Of a DNA stretch of 64,000 nt, positions 35,701 to 45,641 are shown in pieces (position 1 is the first letter of the stretch; every line of letters starts with the position of its first letter). A program made the translations under genes and the position numbers. Source of the stretch: Blepharisma stoltei ATCC 30299 (Eukaryota; Protista; Ciliophora); the NCBI GenBank assembly GCA_965603825.1, contig CBFDEM010000039.1, positions 248,001-312,000 on the forward strand. Reading direction: 5' to 3'. The notes beneath the pieces are model-generated. The model ran no database searches, was not told the DNA's origin, and saw nothing but the letters and a program-made list of their open reading frames with translations.

Positions 35701-38224
35701 CCTGCCACCTGATATAAGAAATGAAGTTATACTTCAGAACCAGCCTCAAATAGGCCAGGCTGCTGAAATGGATAATGCTACGTTTATTGCCAGCTTGGCA
35801 CCTGATTTGAGAAGGGAAGTTTTACTGGGAGTGAGTGAAGAGATGATGCTAAGCCTCCCACCTGAGCTTGCAGCTGAAGCAAGGCTTCTTCAGGACAGAG
35901 CAATTCAGCAGAGACACAATTTTATTATTGAAAGGCAAATTCCTCAGCAACGCCATAACCCAATTTCACAAGAAGAAGGCAAAGCTATTTCTGATATAGT
36001 GGCTGATGAAAAACTATCAAACTCTTTAATACAAGTTGAAGACAACTTTTTGGAGCTTCTGCTAAAAGCACTTTATCTTGTAAGTCCTATAAATCGAGAT
36101 ATTTTAGCATTTCTGCTATTAAACCTTTCAGCTCATCAGGTTTCTCGTCAAAAAATTCTAGACGGCCTTGTCTGCATTCTTTTACAGCTATCCCCTCGTC
36201 GTGATTTCCCTCCACGCCAGCTATATGGGTCAGATTCTTTTATGGACAACTTTAACCAAGCCTACGCAATTGTGTCAGGGCGAATTTTAGACCTGCTTCA
36301 ATATCTCACCAAAATTAACCCAAAGGTCGCATCAGACCTGACAAGTCAATCCAAACATCGGCTGAGCATTGTAAAGTCCTTCAAAGGAAACGAAGAAGTC
36401 AGAGCTTTCCAAAGCTTAATTAGCCTAATGGACCAAGGGCTATATAGAACAAGTAGCACTCATTTGACACCTCTTATCAATCTGATTGCAGCTGTTATAG
36501 AAAAACAAGAAAATGACATACAAACTTTAGACGAATTTGCAATCAGACAAATTTGCAGCTTACTGAGCTATGAAAGCTTAAATGAAGTGACTGTAAAAAC
36601 TGTTGTGGAACTGGTTACAAAGCTAGCGAAAAATGAAAATAATAAGGCCCAGATACAAGAAGCACTCACAAGAGAAATCAGAGTTTTAGGAGAAGAAATT
36701 GCTGAAAGTTTGAGGAGGGTCGAAACTTCGCCAAATGGACAAAGGGAACTGCAGCTGCTAAGGATATACAAAGTTTTGAACAGTGTTTCAGACAATGTTG
36801 AAGGGCTTGAGTATTTGTGGGATCCATTAACAGAAGCTTTAAGTGTGATCACAGAAAGAGACACTAACTTATCAAGCACCACAAGCCCAACCCTCAGCAA
36901 ACTCTTGCCGATTATTGAAATCTTTTTCATTTCTCATATAAATTCAGTGCTTGGCGAACGTTTCCAGTCATTTTGTGACAAAAATCGTAAAGTCCTTAAT
37001 TTATTAGTCAAGCAAAACCCAAGCCTCTTAAACGATACCTTCAACTCCCTTGTGACCCGTTTCCCATCACTTTTGGATTTTGAAAACAAACGCAGCTTTT
37101 TCCGTTCAGAAATCAGAAAAATGCGCCCAGAGCGAGGCTATGATACGATTAGACTTAATGTGAGAAGAAATGAAGTTTTCATGGATTCTTTCCATCAGTT
37201 GAAAGTTAGGACTCCAGCTGAAATGTATGGAAAACTTCGTGTCCAGTTCTTTGGAGAAGAAGGTGTAGACGCTGGAGGTTTGACTCGAGAATGGTACGGA
37301 CTTCTTGCAAGAGAGATGTTTAACCCTAACTACGCTCTTTTCATCCCTTCAGCAAACGGGGTCCTTTTCCAGCCTAACCCACTATCATATGTAAATGCTG
37401 AGCATCTGCAATTCTTTAAGTTTGTCGGAAGAATTATTGGAAAAGCCCTGTGTGATGGGTATGCCCTTGATGTCTACTTTACTCGTTCATTTTACAAGCA
37501 TATTCTTGGCCAAGAAGTAAACTATCAAGACATGGAAGACATTGACCCTGAGTTTTATAAAAACCTAAAGTATTTACTAGATATCAGTTTAACAGAAAAC
37601 GAGTTCCATGAGTATTATTTTGCCTACGAAGAAGAGGAGTTTGGAAAATTAATCATAAAAGAACTGATTCCAAATGGAGCACAAATCAGAGTGACTGAAG
37701 ACAACAAGATGGAGTATATAAAATTGCTATGCAGCATGAAGACGACAAAGAATATAGAAGAACAAATCAATGCATTTTTAGAAGGGTTTTACGAGATGGT
37801 GCCTAAAGAACTCATAGGGATTTTTGACAGCAAAGAGCTGGAACTGCTGATATCAGGATTGCCTGATATAGATTTAGAAGACCTAAGAGCGAACACCGAA
37901 TATCATAACTACACAAGAGATTCTCAAGTGATCAGATGGCTATGGGAAGTTTTGTATGAGTTCTCCCAAGAAGAAAGAGCAGAGTTCTTACAATTCGTGA
38001 CAGGCTCAAGCAAGGTACCTTTAGAAGGCTTCAAAGCCTTAGCTGGGATGAGCGGGCCTCAGAAATTCCAAATACATAAGAGCTTCACTACAGTTGACAG
38101 GCTGCCAACAGCTCACACCTGTATGAACCAATTGGACCTTCCTGAATACACTTCCAAAGACATGGTTTACAGCCGAATCAAGCTTGCAATCAGTGAAGGG
38201 AAAGAAGGGTTCGGATTCATGTAG
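29759..38224 (+). CDS. HUWE1: HECT E3 ubiquitin ligase, HUWE1/TOM1/UPL1-like
   Basis: N-terminal ARM-like region, acidic tract, three DPxFLxALPPDIRxEV UBM repeats, HECT domain with GEEGVDAGG, LPTAHTC and C-terminal EGFGF. Confidence 0.93.
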   Translation: MKIGEANGNTIEGVSEWVQEVKSLPSTQFIEYLSNLKHWEWQRIDDLSPIAPILDRIDELLNQALQEENHQLLIFLLEKTQILLKSATSKSLYNSVDELLLILDMPDWEIVHKALQVFHVLVNRITPTMKTTKAHSNSVLANKLYAIGLGPTLNNPNPLSLQMLCSEENVQPLKFQYLSGDELIETDENVPEHLKYIWENRKRTNQIIGNKEKRQLVAACQLLALSVLLQMNPDFHMIQDFCRSLPELWLLPSLSELLRMQVSSSIHIQVIYLLSAILVMMEGQTNRHEPSQSQLITATHNLLAAWQQHGLMQSLLRDIVYPSPAMITFETSRNPEFVSSILHLSSIIADYKFRVDSSHVHGMTCSLLLLLKLPEHNTYSFMMESIAKGVRILSVLISHNIDMFREIDGMSTVLRLLNHELVINAEPVDCFYEHSSDIVPSPAVRSYLIRTLLRILKIALNKLETVPGVSHNEIRTIIDSGLMAALRKNFEKQKFDIYEPSLQLLSIMVNDNPHLVNEFLSDGTIVALFNSLETQLPPQPKLMGILARFLCATALNTEGIKIIENFNTIPRLLQALGNYETSVLSNEVAIGIGESLQELMTLVPGLRDKTVDGCIQLVNTTQFCNLSAKESFFTQLTNIAKLLGMLFNYSNDLIRGFIDKGGLDGYFAIFRLPILPLTYNNEFHSALLCFKSIPMNLTLVVLSKILTILNQNLSKLEDFIGPLHLAKDFSNVTANNHDEFMHVLTSIDSFVDMTRIVSQYGTGISNIVSDLCATLVQLSHFMRLLIAEQARLSPFSKPNEKKTDKFNMPIDISDIENATLKSYDENFYFTCQLSVRRLFRFATRISAAKGRNSISEDSSLKISKTMGELMAGLIKLLNLDEPSQSKAYYYCLQLSDILKILLHDQGSSPSTIWAFFQAGGIDHLINFIKQLNAISLSLHKQRDLSYDLANSLQILWNLCGKAMEGLANGKYQGPPGINSVLKSLGVASGKHVVRKMQNLAVDCIKDLNYLETGVLSTAFAKSVLEVIKQVLEQPHDNDLSPPHFSDQAAARPIGEMGLNEALERHLYMQPGSSNYHHFRDARHSHSDFSNMPPAPTIENVHQILIDYLPAISPLASSVADLLLKLCNKTNSQGPEIALMLLSLIGKLAKDLLGVSSLYDVTLGMSSLQPVEIEADFGQLSAAIQTLSFLSAKSNDILEFVKQNNFTEHALNFISAANENSRKGNHEWMAPLFSILDTLVRLCNAGSFDMIEAISKFLKSTHETKSKLAQTEVFSLLTLLISLTSDPSYAKSFVDNDALFSLLTVTVISPEPKVRGLLTTYFNFLKQISEDPYILQSVFEIAIKGALIGSPSLDNFMKNFRSQVTRSKDIFQRAFENVCSCFRRDNKVYVEERKEREEISAPRWDMVTPIANALVEAFNAEQTGKSELLLQSEQIMSLLADLIQTYPLMISSLIPLNVKGVKPASSHKHSRRFLTQLVRNYIQKPHVKLLRALTFKQAHRQPNTPVAHIFNTSICSNNIPVLKARKRIFTEMKEMLAEESKKNWSDSEKSMSTIKNIAITIMQLLREPAKAPFTRNNPAEIARFLVSDQLNMVRLLSDCSKGVKLSFKKAGSLLNLLLAPLELLTRYNINFTLHLARHQTHELEEVVDENPEDEDVPKYDMYPLEEQEYGEEDIEEEEGEGEEEAEGSEISLNSGTEESESQEELEIGEVEGMEDHEEDEDADLIEEESDDIEDEELLDDIVIENRNTDAFWADDFEEEEEDPAREGWMQARPTDLTHAERHLLEQGVFGAEVDEIHPGILFQTSNHSPSQFVREINDEGPIMQLIRDFDNPNDEFLQVLLHRNRHTGEAMPIRPPEYNRTDQVENTISELTTIFAQNALIAQEVSQKEAEESQPAQQLNFDMEVEEESPAQVPQEREVVVENIPQERRREEVQIQLPEGIDPAFLDALPPDIREEVLAQYRHADPQPQEIEPNISEEFLNALPPDIRNEVILQNQPQIGQAAEMDNATFIASLAPDLRREVLLGVSEEMMLSLPPELAAEARLLQDRAIQQRHNFIIERQIPQQRHNPISQEEGKAISDIVADEKLSNSLIQVEDNFLELLLKALYLVSPINRDILAFLLLNLSAHQVSRQKILDGLVCILLQLSPRRDFPPRQLYGSDSFMDNFNQAYAIVSGRILDLLQYLTKINPKVASDLTSQSKHRLSIVKSFKGNEEVRAFQSLISLMDQGLYRTSSTHLTPLINLIAAVIEKQENDIQTLDEFAIRQICSLLSYESLNEVTVKTVVELVTKLAKNENNKAQIQEALTREIRVLGEEIAESLRRVETSPNGQRELQLLRIYKVLNSVSDNVEGLEYLWDPLTEALSVITERDTNLSSTTSPTLSKLLPIIEIFFISHINSVLGERFQSFCDKNRKVLNLLVKQNPSLLNDTFNSLVTRFPSLLDFENKRSFFRSEIRKMRPERGYDTIRLNVRRNEVFMDSFHQLKVRTPAEMYGKLRVQFFGEEGVDAGGLTREWYGLLAREMFNPNYALFIPSANGVLFQPNPLSYVNAEHLQFFKFVGRIIGKALCDGYALDVYFTRSFYKHILGQEVNYQDMEDIDPEFYKNLKYLLDISLTENEFHEYYFAYEEEEFGKLIIKELIPNGAQIRVTEDNKMEYIKLLCSMKTTKNIEEQINAFLEGFYEMVPKELIGIFDSKELELLISGLPDIDLEDLRANTEYHNYTRDSQVIRWLWEVLYEFSQEERAEFLQFVTGSSKVPLEGFKALAGMSGPQKFQIHKSFTTVDRLPTAHTCMNQLDLPEYTSKDMVYSRIKLAISEGKEGFGFM

Positions 38225-38263
38225 CTAAATAAGATTCTTAATTTTAAACAAGTTTAAATATGA

Positions 38264-40768
38264 ATGTCCATATTGATGGAATCTGAGTTTCCAGCAGCTC
38301 TTCCTCTTGTACAGAAGAATTATTCACTTGAACCTGATATGATTTTTGGGTGAAAGCCAAAGACTTTAACAAATGGTGGGCCGATTCCTCTCTATTTCCA
38401 TTATAACAACTTACCTGTTTTAACTGATATTCAAACGAACACAAAATCAGAAGTTATATACCATGGCTACAGACCAAGGGATACCTTTGCTATGCATAAA
38501 TTTTTCACCCAGGCGAAAGGGGCATACCCTTACGATTTTTCTACTCCTATGACATCAGCACTTGAATACTTGTCAAAAAAAATCGCTCAGAAGCCAGATC
38601 CGTCAGGCTGGGCTTTTGAAAGAATGAAGCCAAATTTAGATGAAAAATGCATGGTTTTTGATAGCTTTTTTGAAAGTGGGAATTTGGATAAAGTTGTAAG
38701 GATAAATGACGAGGAATATGATCTGTACATGAGGACTGATGCAAATACTTATGGAAATTACAAATGGTTTTATTTTTCAGCAGAAAATAAGGCACCTGAA
38801 AAAAGAAAAACTAATTTTCATGTTCTGAATTTTAAGACAAATTATAATTTGATGACGCAAGGAATGAAGCCGGTTTATAGCAAAGATAATAAAAGCTGGC
38901 ATTATATTACGAGCGATGTCCAATATGGAAACAGCAAGCTTAATAGAGTTTGTAAAAAAGGAAGGTTTTTTATGCTGAGCTTTGATTTTCATTTTGATAA
39001 AGAAGAAAAAGTTTATTTTGCATTAAGCATTCCTTATAGGTATTCTGATTTAATCAATTTTTTGAAAATTATGCCACGCACAGTTACCCAAGAAACTTTG
39101 TGTAAAAGCTTAAGTGGAGTCGATGTACCGCTACTTACTATTACAGATTTAGACACACCTTATAATGAAAAGAAATATATAGTTGTGATTGCGAGAGCAC
39201 ACCCAAGCGAAACCGTTGGGTCTTGAATTGTTCAGGGACTGATTGATTATTTGTCTAAAAATGAGAGAGCTCCGAGGAAGCTGAAAAAAAGATTTATTTT
39301 TAAAATTATACCAATGACAAACCCAGATGGTGTGATTATCGGGAATTCAAGGGTAAATTTATCAGGAGATGATCCTAATAGAATCTATAGCGAGCCTAAT
39401 TCCGTTATACATCCAATCACTTGTGCGATTAAAAAACTGATAGAAGGACTCTGCAATTCTCCGCAAGGAGTTTTGGCATTTTTTGATATTCACGGGCATT
39501 TCAGAAAAAAAGGAAGCTTTATGTATGGCCCACATTTTCCTCTACATTCTGAAAAATATTGCCGAGTCCGAGTATTACCAAAATTAATCAGCGAACAAAC
39601 TCCTATGTTTCGTTATTACTCCTGCAAATTTCGTGCCGAAAAATCAAAAAGACAAGCAGCAAGGCTATTTTTTTCAAGAGAAATGGGCATCTCAAATTGC
39701 TATACTTTTGAAAATTCCTTATATGGATATCTAGATGAACAAAGAAATACACATATATATACTCTCAAGCATTTAGAAACTTTATCCCACCATTTAATAA
39801 ATGCAATTTATCAATTTCACTTAATGCAAGTCCAAGAAGAGCAAGAGAAAGCTGCAAAGGCTCAGAAAAGAAAAGAGAAAAAGAAAAAACTGAAGAAAAA
39901 GAAGGAAGATTTAAAAGATTCATTGCTAAGAGCTCACGATAAACTAAGAACTGCCCCAACTGCTATTGAAGTGAAAAGAATCTTTAGGAACAGAAATGAT
40001 GCACCTATCCATACAATGAAAGAGCTTATAACTATAATAAAACAAGATAAAAATGAAGACAGTTCATCTGCATCTTCTCAGTCTGAATCTGAAGAAAATG
40101 CTGAAGAGAATATTGAAGCAAGAAATATCGTGATTTCTGCTATAAAAGAGTTTGATAAACTTGCTGACACAAGGGTCAATATTAGAGAAATGATCTATAA
40201 GTCAACAGGAAATATCTCTCAAAAAGTTGATAATAGAAAATCAAGATCAAAGACTCCTGGCAAAAAAGTGAGATCAAGCTCTCTTTTAAGGCTTAGTAGT
40301 CCACTTAGAAGTTTTGAGTGTAAAAGGCTGCCTTCGGTCAGAAGAAAATCAAAGAATTCAGATGATAATAATTTAGAGAGCTCAATAAGAGTTTGCATAC
40401 CACATATTGATAATTTTGAGAAAAGTGAACAAGTATCAAGATGCCCTGGATCAGACCCTTCATCTCCAACCAGGGAAAGAATTGATTCAAGTTTTGACAT
40501 CAATAAACGAATAAGAACTCCACACTTCGCACAAAGCTATTTTGGAAGGAATCAAAGAATGAGGCATTTAAAGTCAAACAGCAGAGAAGAGCATAAAAAT
40601 CAAGTCACAATGATAAATTTGGTTGATATGATAGAAGTTGAAGAGCCTGTTGCAAAAGTACGAAAAAAGCAGATGCCAACTAAAAACGAAAACGTTGCAA
40701 AATACCATAAGTTTGGCCCTTTTCCATCACTAGCACTATTTAATGCAAAAACAGCGCAATATATGTAA
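38264..40768 (+). CDS. Cytosolic carboxypeptidase (M14D, CCP/AGBL tubulin deglutamylase family), 2 TGA=Trp
   Basis: FESGNL, WFYF, PYRYS, ARAHPSETVGS(W), PMTNPDGV, DPNR, DIHGH, YTFE. Confidence 0.9.
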
Positions 40769-40926
40769 TGTATAGCAATTTTTTAATTATATTTTTCTAT
40801 TTTAATAAAATATTGGATTTAGAAAGTTTAATAAATTTTATGTCAATTGATAGAGGTAATAATATGCTGATGCTTGAACTTATACTTAAAAGTTTAAATT
40901 TTATCCTATATAATTATATGGAAAAA

Positions 40927-41409
40927 TTAATTATACTCTAATTTTGGCTTTTTCTTGCATGTGTCAATGTGATTTTCAGACTGCCTCTTACCTAACTCTA
41001 AATTATCCAGGCTTTGTATACAAATTTGTAAATGCTCCTCAAATCGCTTTTTAGGGATATTTTTATTACAAATTTCACAAAAATCTGTCCTGCTTCCACA
41101 AAAGTCTTCATGTCGAATCAGCTCTAGCAAGTCCATAACAGCACCACAAAACATGCACTCTTTGGGCTTAGCCTCGCAATTTTTCATATGAATCTCAAGT
41201 TTAAGCTTATTTATTGATTTTCCGCAATAAGAGCAATTTTCTTTTGAATGAAATTCACTAATGTGCTCTTCTTTTTGCGTTTTTGGAATGAGCTCATCAC
41301 AATCTTTGCAGTGGTACAGAAAGCGTTTACAATGGACTTCGTGTAGGACAAAAGCGCTTTCAGGAATTTCTCGATGGCTATTTAAAAGATACCAGTGTGG
41401 GCATAACAT
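40927..41409 (-). CDS. TRAF-type zinc-finger protein (TRAFD1/XAF1-like), 15-nt intron
   Basis: LHEVHCKR, CxxC...H...C repeats, HEDFCGSRT. Confidence 0.8.
   Translation of the reverse strand: MLCPHWYLLNSHREIPESAFVLHEVHCKRFLYHCKDCDELIPKTQKEEHISEFHSKENCSYCGKSINKLKLEIHMKNCEAKPKECMFCGAVMDLLELIRHEDFCGSRTDFCEICNKNIPKKRFEEHLQICIQSLDNLELGKRQSENHIDTCKKKPKLEYN
41378..41392 (-). other. 15-nt intron (stop-free, in frame)
   Basis: GTATCTTTTAAATAG; removal restores the CPHC zinc knuckle. Confidence 0.88.
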
Positions 41410-41519
41410 GGTGAAAGTTATTTGATATTAATACATTTGGGGATCTTTAATTAAATGAAATAGTTTTCATATTTAACTGGATAAAATAACTATAATATTT
41501 TCTATAAATTTAAGAATTA

Positions 41520-42728
41520 TTAGAGCCTTATGAAAGAAAGCCTCATTCTCTCCATTGGAAGATTTTGTGTTTGATAGATTTCTTGCAAGCTTGGCCTATC
41601 TCCAAATAAATAATATCTCCCAAGTTTATCTTCAAGGCCTTTTTGCTGATAAGTTTCGAGATTAAGTGAAAACCTATCTAGCCCTGGCAAAGAGCCAAAA
41701 ATAGAAGCACCAATTCACGTCAGCAAATTTCTTGGATAAGGGGTTTGATTGATTTGAACGTAGTCTGCAAGTGGCTTTATATTAGAAAAATCAGGCTCAT
41801 TATGAAGTAAATCTAAGAGCTCTTCTTCTAATCTTTCCATAAACCCTATCATCATAGCACATCCTCCAGAAACAATAATGCTATTAATTAACTGTTTTCT
41901 TGTATCAATATCGCAAGTTTGTAGTGATCTCAAAATGCTTGCAGCTATATTTGACGAATCTTGGGAGTATTCTCCAAAAAAGATGCTTTCAGGTATCAGT
42001 CTTTGTTTAAAATCAACTGAGATTGCCCTGTTATGCTTCAGGGGAATGAAATTATAAATTTTATTTGCTGTCGGCCTTTCTTGTAATTCCTTTCTTAATT
42101 TTCCATATGGAATTATTGATAGTCTTGCTACTATATCTTCAACAGTCTCTAATGAAAATCGGTGCCCAGGATTAGACGCTTCCAATATATTTTTATATGA
42201 AGATAATAATGCTTTTCCTCCACAGTCTGCGCTTACGAATGAATTTATAATGGGAATTCCTTCATATATCTACTATAGTAAAATTACAGGCAAAATATCA
42301 ACTCCAAAGTATCCAGCATCAATTAATAAGCCTGTATACGAACCAGTTGTATAAAGAGGCAAAGAATTTGACATGATTATATATAGAATTGGGACCTGTA
42401 AATCTTCAAGCAAAATTTTTACCGTAGCTTCGATTAGACCTCGAGGTGCCATCAAACCTTCACATAGTATTGTAGCTGAGTCTTTGGGGGATTTTTGCAC
42501 TTTATGCAAGTAAATAATCTGCAAAAAGTCGCGGAGGATGGGATAATAATCTTCTTTTGAGCTTTCATGGGTTAGCGAAATTAAGGATTCAGGATTTCTA
42601 ATTATACTGCGAGGGAGTGCTTCTCTGGAGTAGCCACATTTTGTATATAGAGAGCCGATTTCGATTACAACTGCTTCTTCATCAATTCCTCCTCCTAATC
42701 TAGATGACTCAACTCTGGCTGATGACAT
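41520..42728 (-). CDS. ACTR10: Actin-related protein 10 (dynactin Arp11-like); 18-nt intron; TGA=Trp
   Basis: AVVIEIGSLYTKCGY, LLIDAGY, spliced LPIYEG, IIVSGGCAMMIGFMERL, T(W)IGASIFG. Confidence 0.82.
42270..42287 (-). other. 18-nt intron ending TAGTAG
   Basis: GTAATTTTACTATAGTAG; removal gives the actin-fold motif ILP|IYEGIP. Confidence 0.8.
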
Positions 42729-42935
42729 ATTCTGCTTAATTTAACTATAAAGATAAATTATTGTGTTTATCAATTTATAATATATAATTATTAATTTAAA
42801 AATTACCTTAAAACTTGCAAGCGATGAATTTTTTATTTTATCATTGCATAAATTTATAAAAATAGAAAATATTATACCAATTTAATTAAATACTTTGAGT
42901 AGTTACTTTTTCTTGCTGCTGAAGTTTTAAAAAAT

Positions 42936-43541
42936 TTAGATTTCTATGAACTCTTGAATGAGCTGGTCAACCATTGTCTCTTTTTCTTTGACTACATCAA
43001 ACTGAATTTTTTCATTTTCGTCCTTTTCGTCAATGAACGAAAAATCAAAATTAGGAGATATATTGGGAAAAATTAATTTTTCTGATGGTTTGAGATTTTC
43101 ACAATTACTTTTTGCTACTGCGTTATTATCAGTTTTAAGCTCTGTATTTATAATAATAGCCTCTGATTCTTTTTTCACAAAGTTTTCTGGTTTTAAGGAA
43201 GATTTTTCTTCCTTTGTATTTTCTGTTTTCTCTTTAATTTTTGCATCATCCGTAATTTCTCCTGCCCTTCGCACATAGCTAACATCTTTTGGGCTGTTAA
43301 CGGCTGTTTTAATCATTGGAATTTTAGGTTTCGTGATTTTTGCATTTTGATCAATCTTTTGAAGCTCTTCTCTGGTGTCTTTTTCTGAAACTAGCGAATG
43401 GGCTTCAGAATCTGGAGAACTTGTAGCCTTTATTCCTTTTGAAGGTGGCGCTAGATTAGTTTTTGAAAGAACTTCTTTTTCTTTCACTTTTGAGACTTGA
43501 TTCTTTATTTCTCTCGGGTATTTAGCCTCCATGCATCCCAT
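42936..43541 (-). CDS. Hypothetical protein with MGC acylation motif
   Basis: MGCMEAK start, hydrophilic body, ends TAA. Confidence 0.7.
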   Translation of the reverse strand: MGCMEAKYPREIKNQVSKVKEKEVLSKTNLAPPSKGIKATSSPDSEAHSLVSEKDTREELQKIDQNAKITKPKIPMIKTAVNSPKDVSYVRRAGEITDDAKIKEKTENTKEEKSSLKPENFVKKESEAIIINTELKTDNNAVAKSNCENLKPSEKLIFPNISPNFDFSFIDEKDENEKIQFDVVKEKETMVDQLIQEFIEI

Positions 43542-43557
43542 CTTATTAGTTAATTAG

Positions 43558-45507
43558 TTAAAGTTTTGGCCTTAAATATCTATGAATTCCTGGGAAGACT
43601 TTTCCTTTGTTGACTGGGTTCATATATTTGCTGGTCCAGACCATGTTTTGATAGATTTTTCCATCCTTTCTTCCAATGACTGAGTTTAAGGTCGTTTCAG
43701 AAATTTCGAAAGCTTCAATTAATGCTAGTGCATTTGGACGAGTTCTATCAAGAGAATCCAATTGAACTTCTTTTAATTGTTCAAATATACTATTAGGCAT
43801 TCCTAAGCGAATTAGCTCAGCATGATACTTTGCAAGTTCAGTGGAAGCATAAATAAGCCTGAGGATCTCTATAGCATTACGGATTAAAAGATTGCTTATT
43901 TTAGAGATTCCTTCAATATAATAGAAATGCAAAGATGCATGATAAACTGCTTCTGTAGCTTCAATCCCTTCCACTTGTAAAAATTCATTTCATATTCTTG
44001 GTTTTTTAAAGCCTTTCGCAATCAAGTCTTGTTCTTTTTTAAAGACCGATTGGATTTTCAGCTTTGCAATAGCTTCAAAACATATCTGATGATATGTCGA
44101 GTCTTTTATATCAGGGCAGACACTGAGATCTGGCATTGGAGTATTTAAAAAGCCAAATACACCTTGAGGGTTTTGTTTTTTCATCAGTGTTATTAAATAC
44201 CTTGCTGCTTGCAAAGCAAGAATATTGTTATCGCCATCATAAGTCACAGTTGGCAAATGATTCATATATAAACTTGGCAGGCCAGAAAGCATCATATACC
44301 CGTGCCCTCCACAACTTCTTCTGCATTCTTCCAAACCTTGCACAGTGAAATGCGACACATAAACTTTATATAGCGAAACTAGAGCGTGGCTTTCTGCTAA
44401 TAAGGAATCATCACCTTTAAATAATCTTCTTTCACACTCATCATAATGATCTGACACAGGCTTTTTTGCAAAGACATGCCCATACAGCCTTGCTAGATTT
44501 TTGAACAGCTTATGTCTTTGTATTTGGTAGTCCAAAATCATTCTTTCTCTATTAGGATTCTCATGGTCGGGGAACTGTTCTCTTACAAGTGAATATCTAA
44601 TAGAAATCGTCAATGCACAAGCATAGCGATACCAGGAGTCGGTAACTATTCCTGCTCTTAAGCTTACCAAAGTCGCGTATAAGATTTTGATACCATTTGG
44701 ATCTAAGAGCTCATAGTCTCCTTCAGGGGTGAGTCTTGCAAATCTATTTAGCATTGCATCAAAAGGAACTCTATAATAATCAAACTTCAAGAACCCATTA
44801 TCATTGCCATTGAGTCCAAATTTCGGGCCAATATCTCCTACATCAACACCGTCTAATGGTTTTCTAGTTTTTGTATCACGTATTTGAACTAAAAATATAT
44901 GTGGACCATAATCGTTTCCTTTCGCAATAAGTCTTGCAGCCACCAAAGCATGAGTTGCAGTCAGTCCTAATCCTCCAATTCACCACTTATAAGAGGTAAT
45001 TGTGGGGCTATGCATAATAAACTGCTGCGTATTTTCGTCATAAATTGCTTGGGTCTCAATTCCACGGACGTTTGAGCCATGTCCTAGCTCGGTTTGTGCA
45101 TAGCAGCCTGTGATTTCTAAGCTTTCCATTTTTGGCAAAAGTAGCTTCTTTTGTTCTTCATTAGCTTGTAATGCAAATGAAGGGATGAAAAACTCATATT
45201 GAGCCACATGAGCTGTTAATTCAGGGTAAAAACCCATGATAAATCTTCTTTCCCATCTTGTCAGTTTTTCAGACTCAGAGAATTTCTTCAAAGCTGTACC
45301 AAATTGATAAGCACGGATTATATCTTGCTGGCGAGTATCGTGGAATTTTTGAAGGGAATAATTTAGCTCTGGGATTTTGCTGCATTTGAGATTGAGCTCT
45401 ATAATACGCTCAAGAGTTAGTTGAGGAACGAGATAGTTTGGGTATAAATATTGAGTCAATTCAGTCGGGCTAAAAGAAGCCTTTTTTCTCTCCTCTTCTA
45501 AACTCAT
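43558..45507 (-). CDS. ACOX1: Peroxisomal acyl-CoA oxidase, 2 TGA=Trp
   Basis: GCYAQTELGHGSNVRGIET, KW(W)IGGLG, GDIGPKFG, CRRSCGGHGY, TYDGDN; PTS1-like PKL end. Confidence 0.93.
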
Positions 45508-45641
45508 TTTATTTAGGATTAAATTGATATATATTAAGCTGAGCAATTATTACTAAATAATTAAAGTGCCTTCTGAGCTGATTTATTGTCTAAAATAAAT
45601 ATATATTCATTTATTATCTATGTTACTATAATTCTTTCAAT

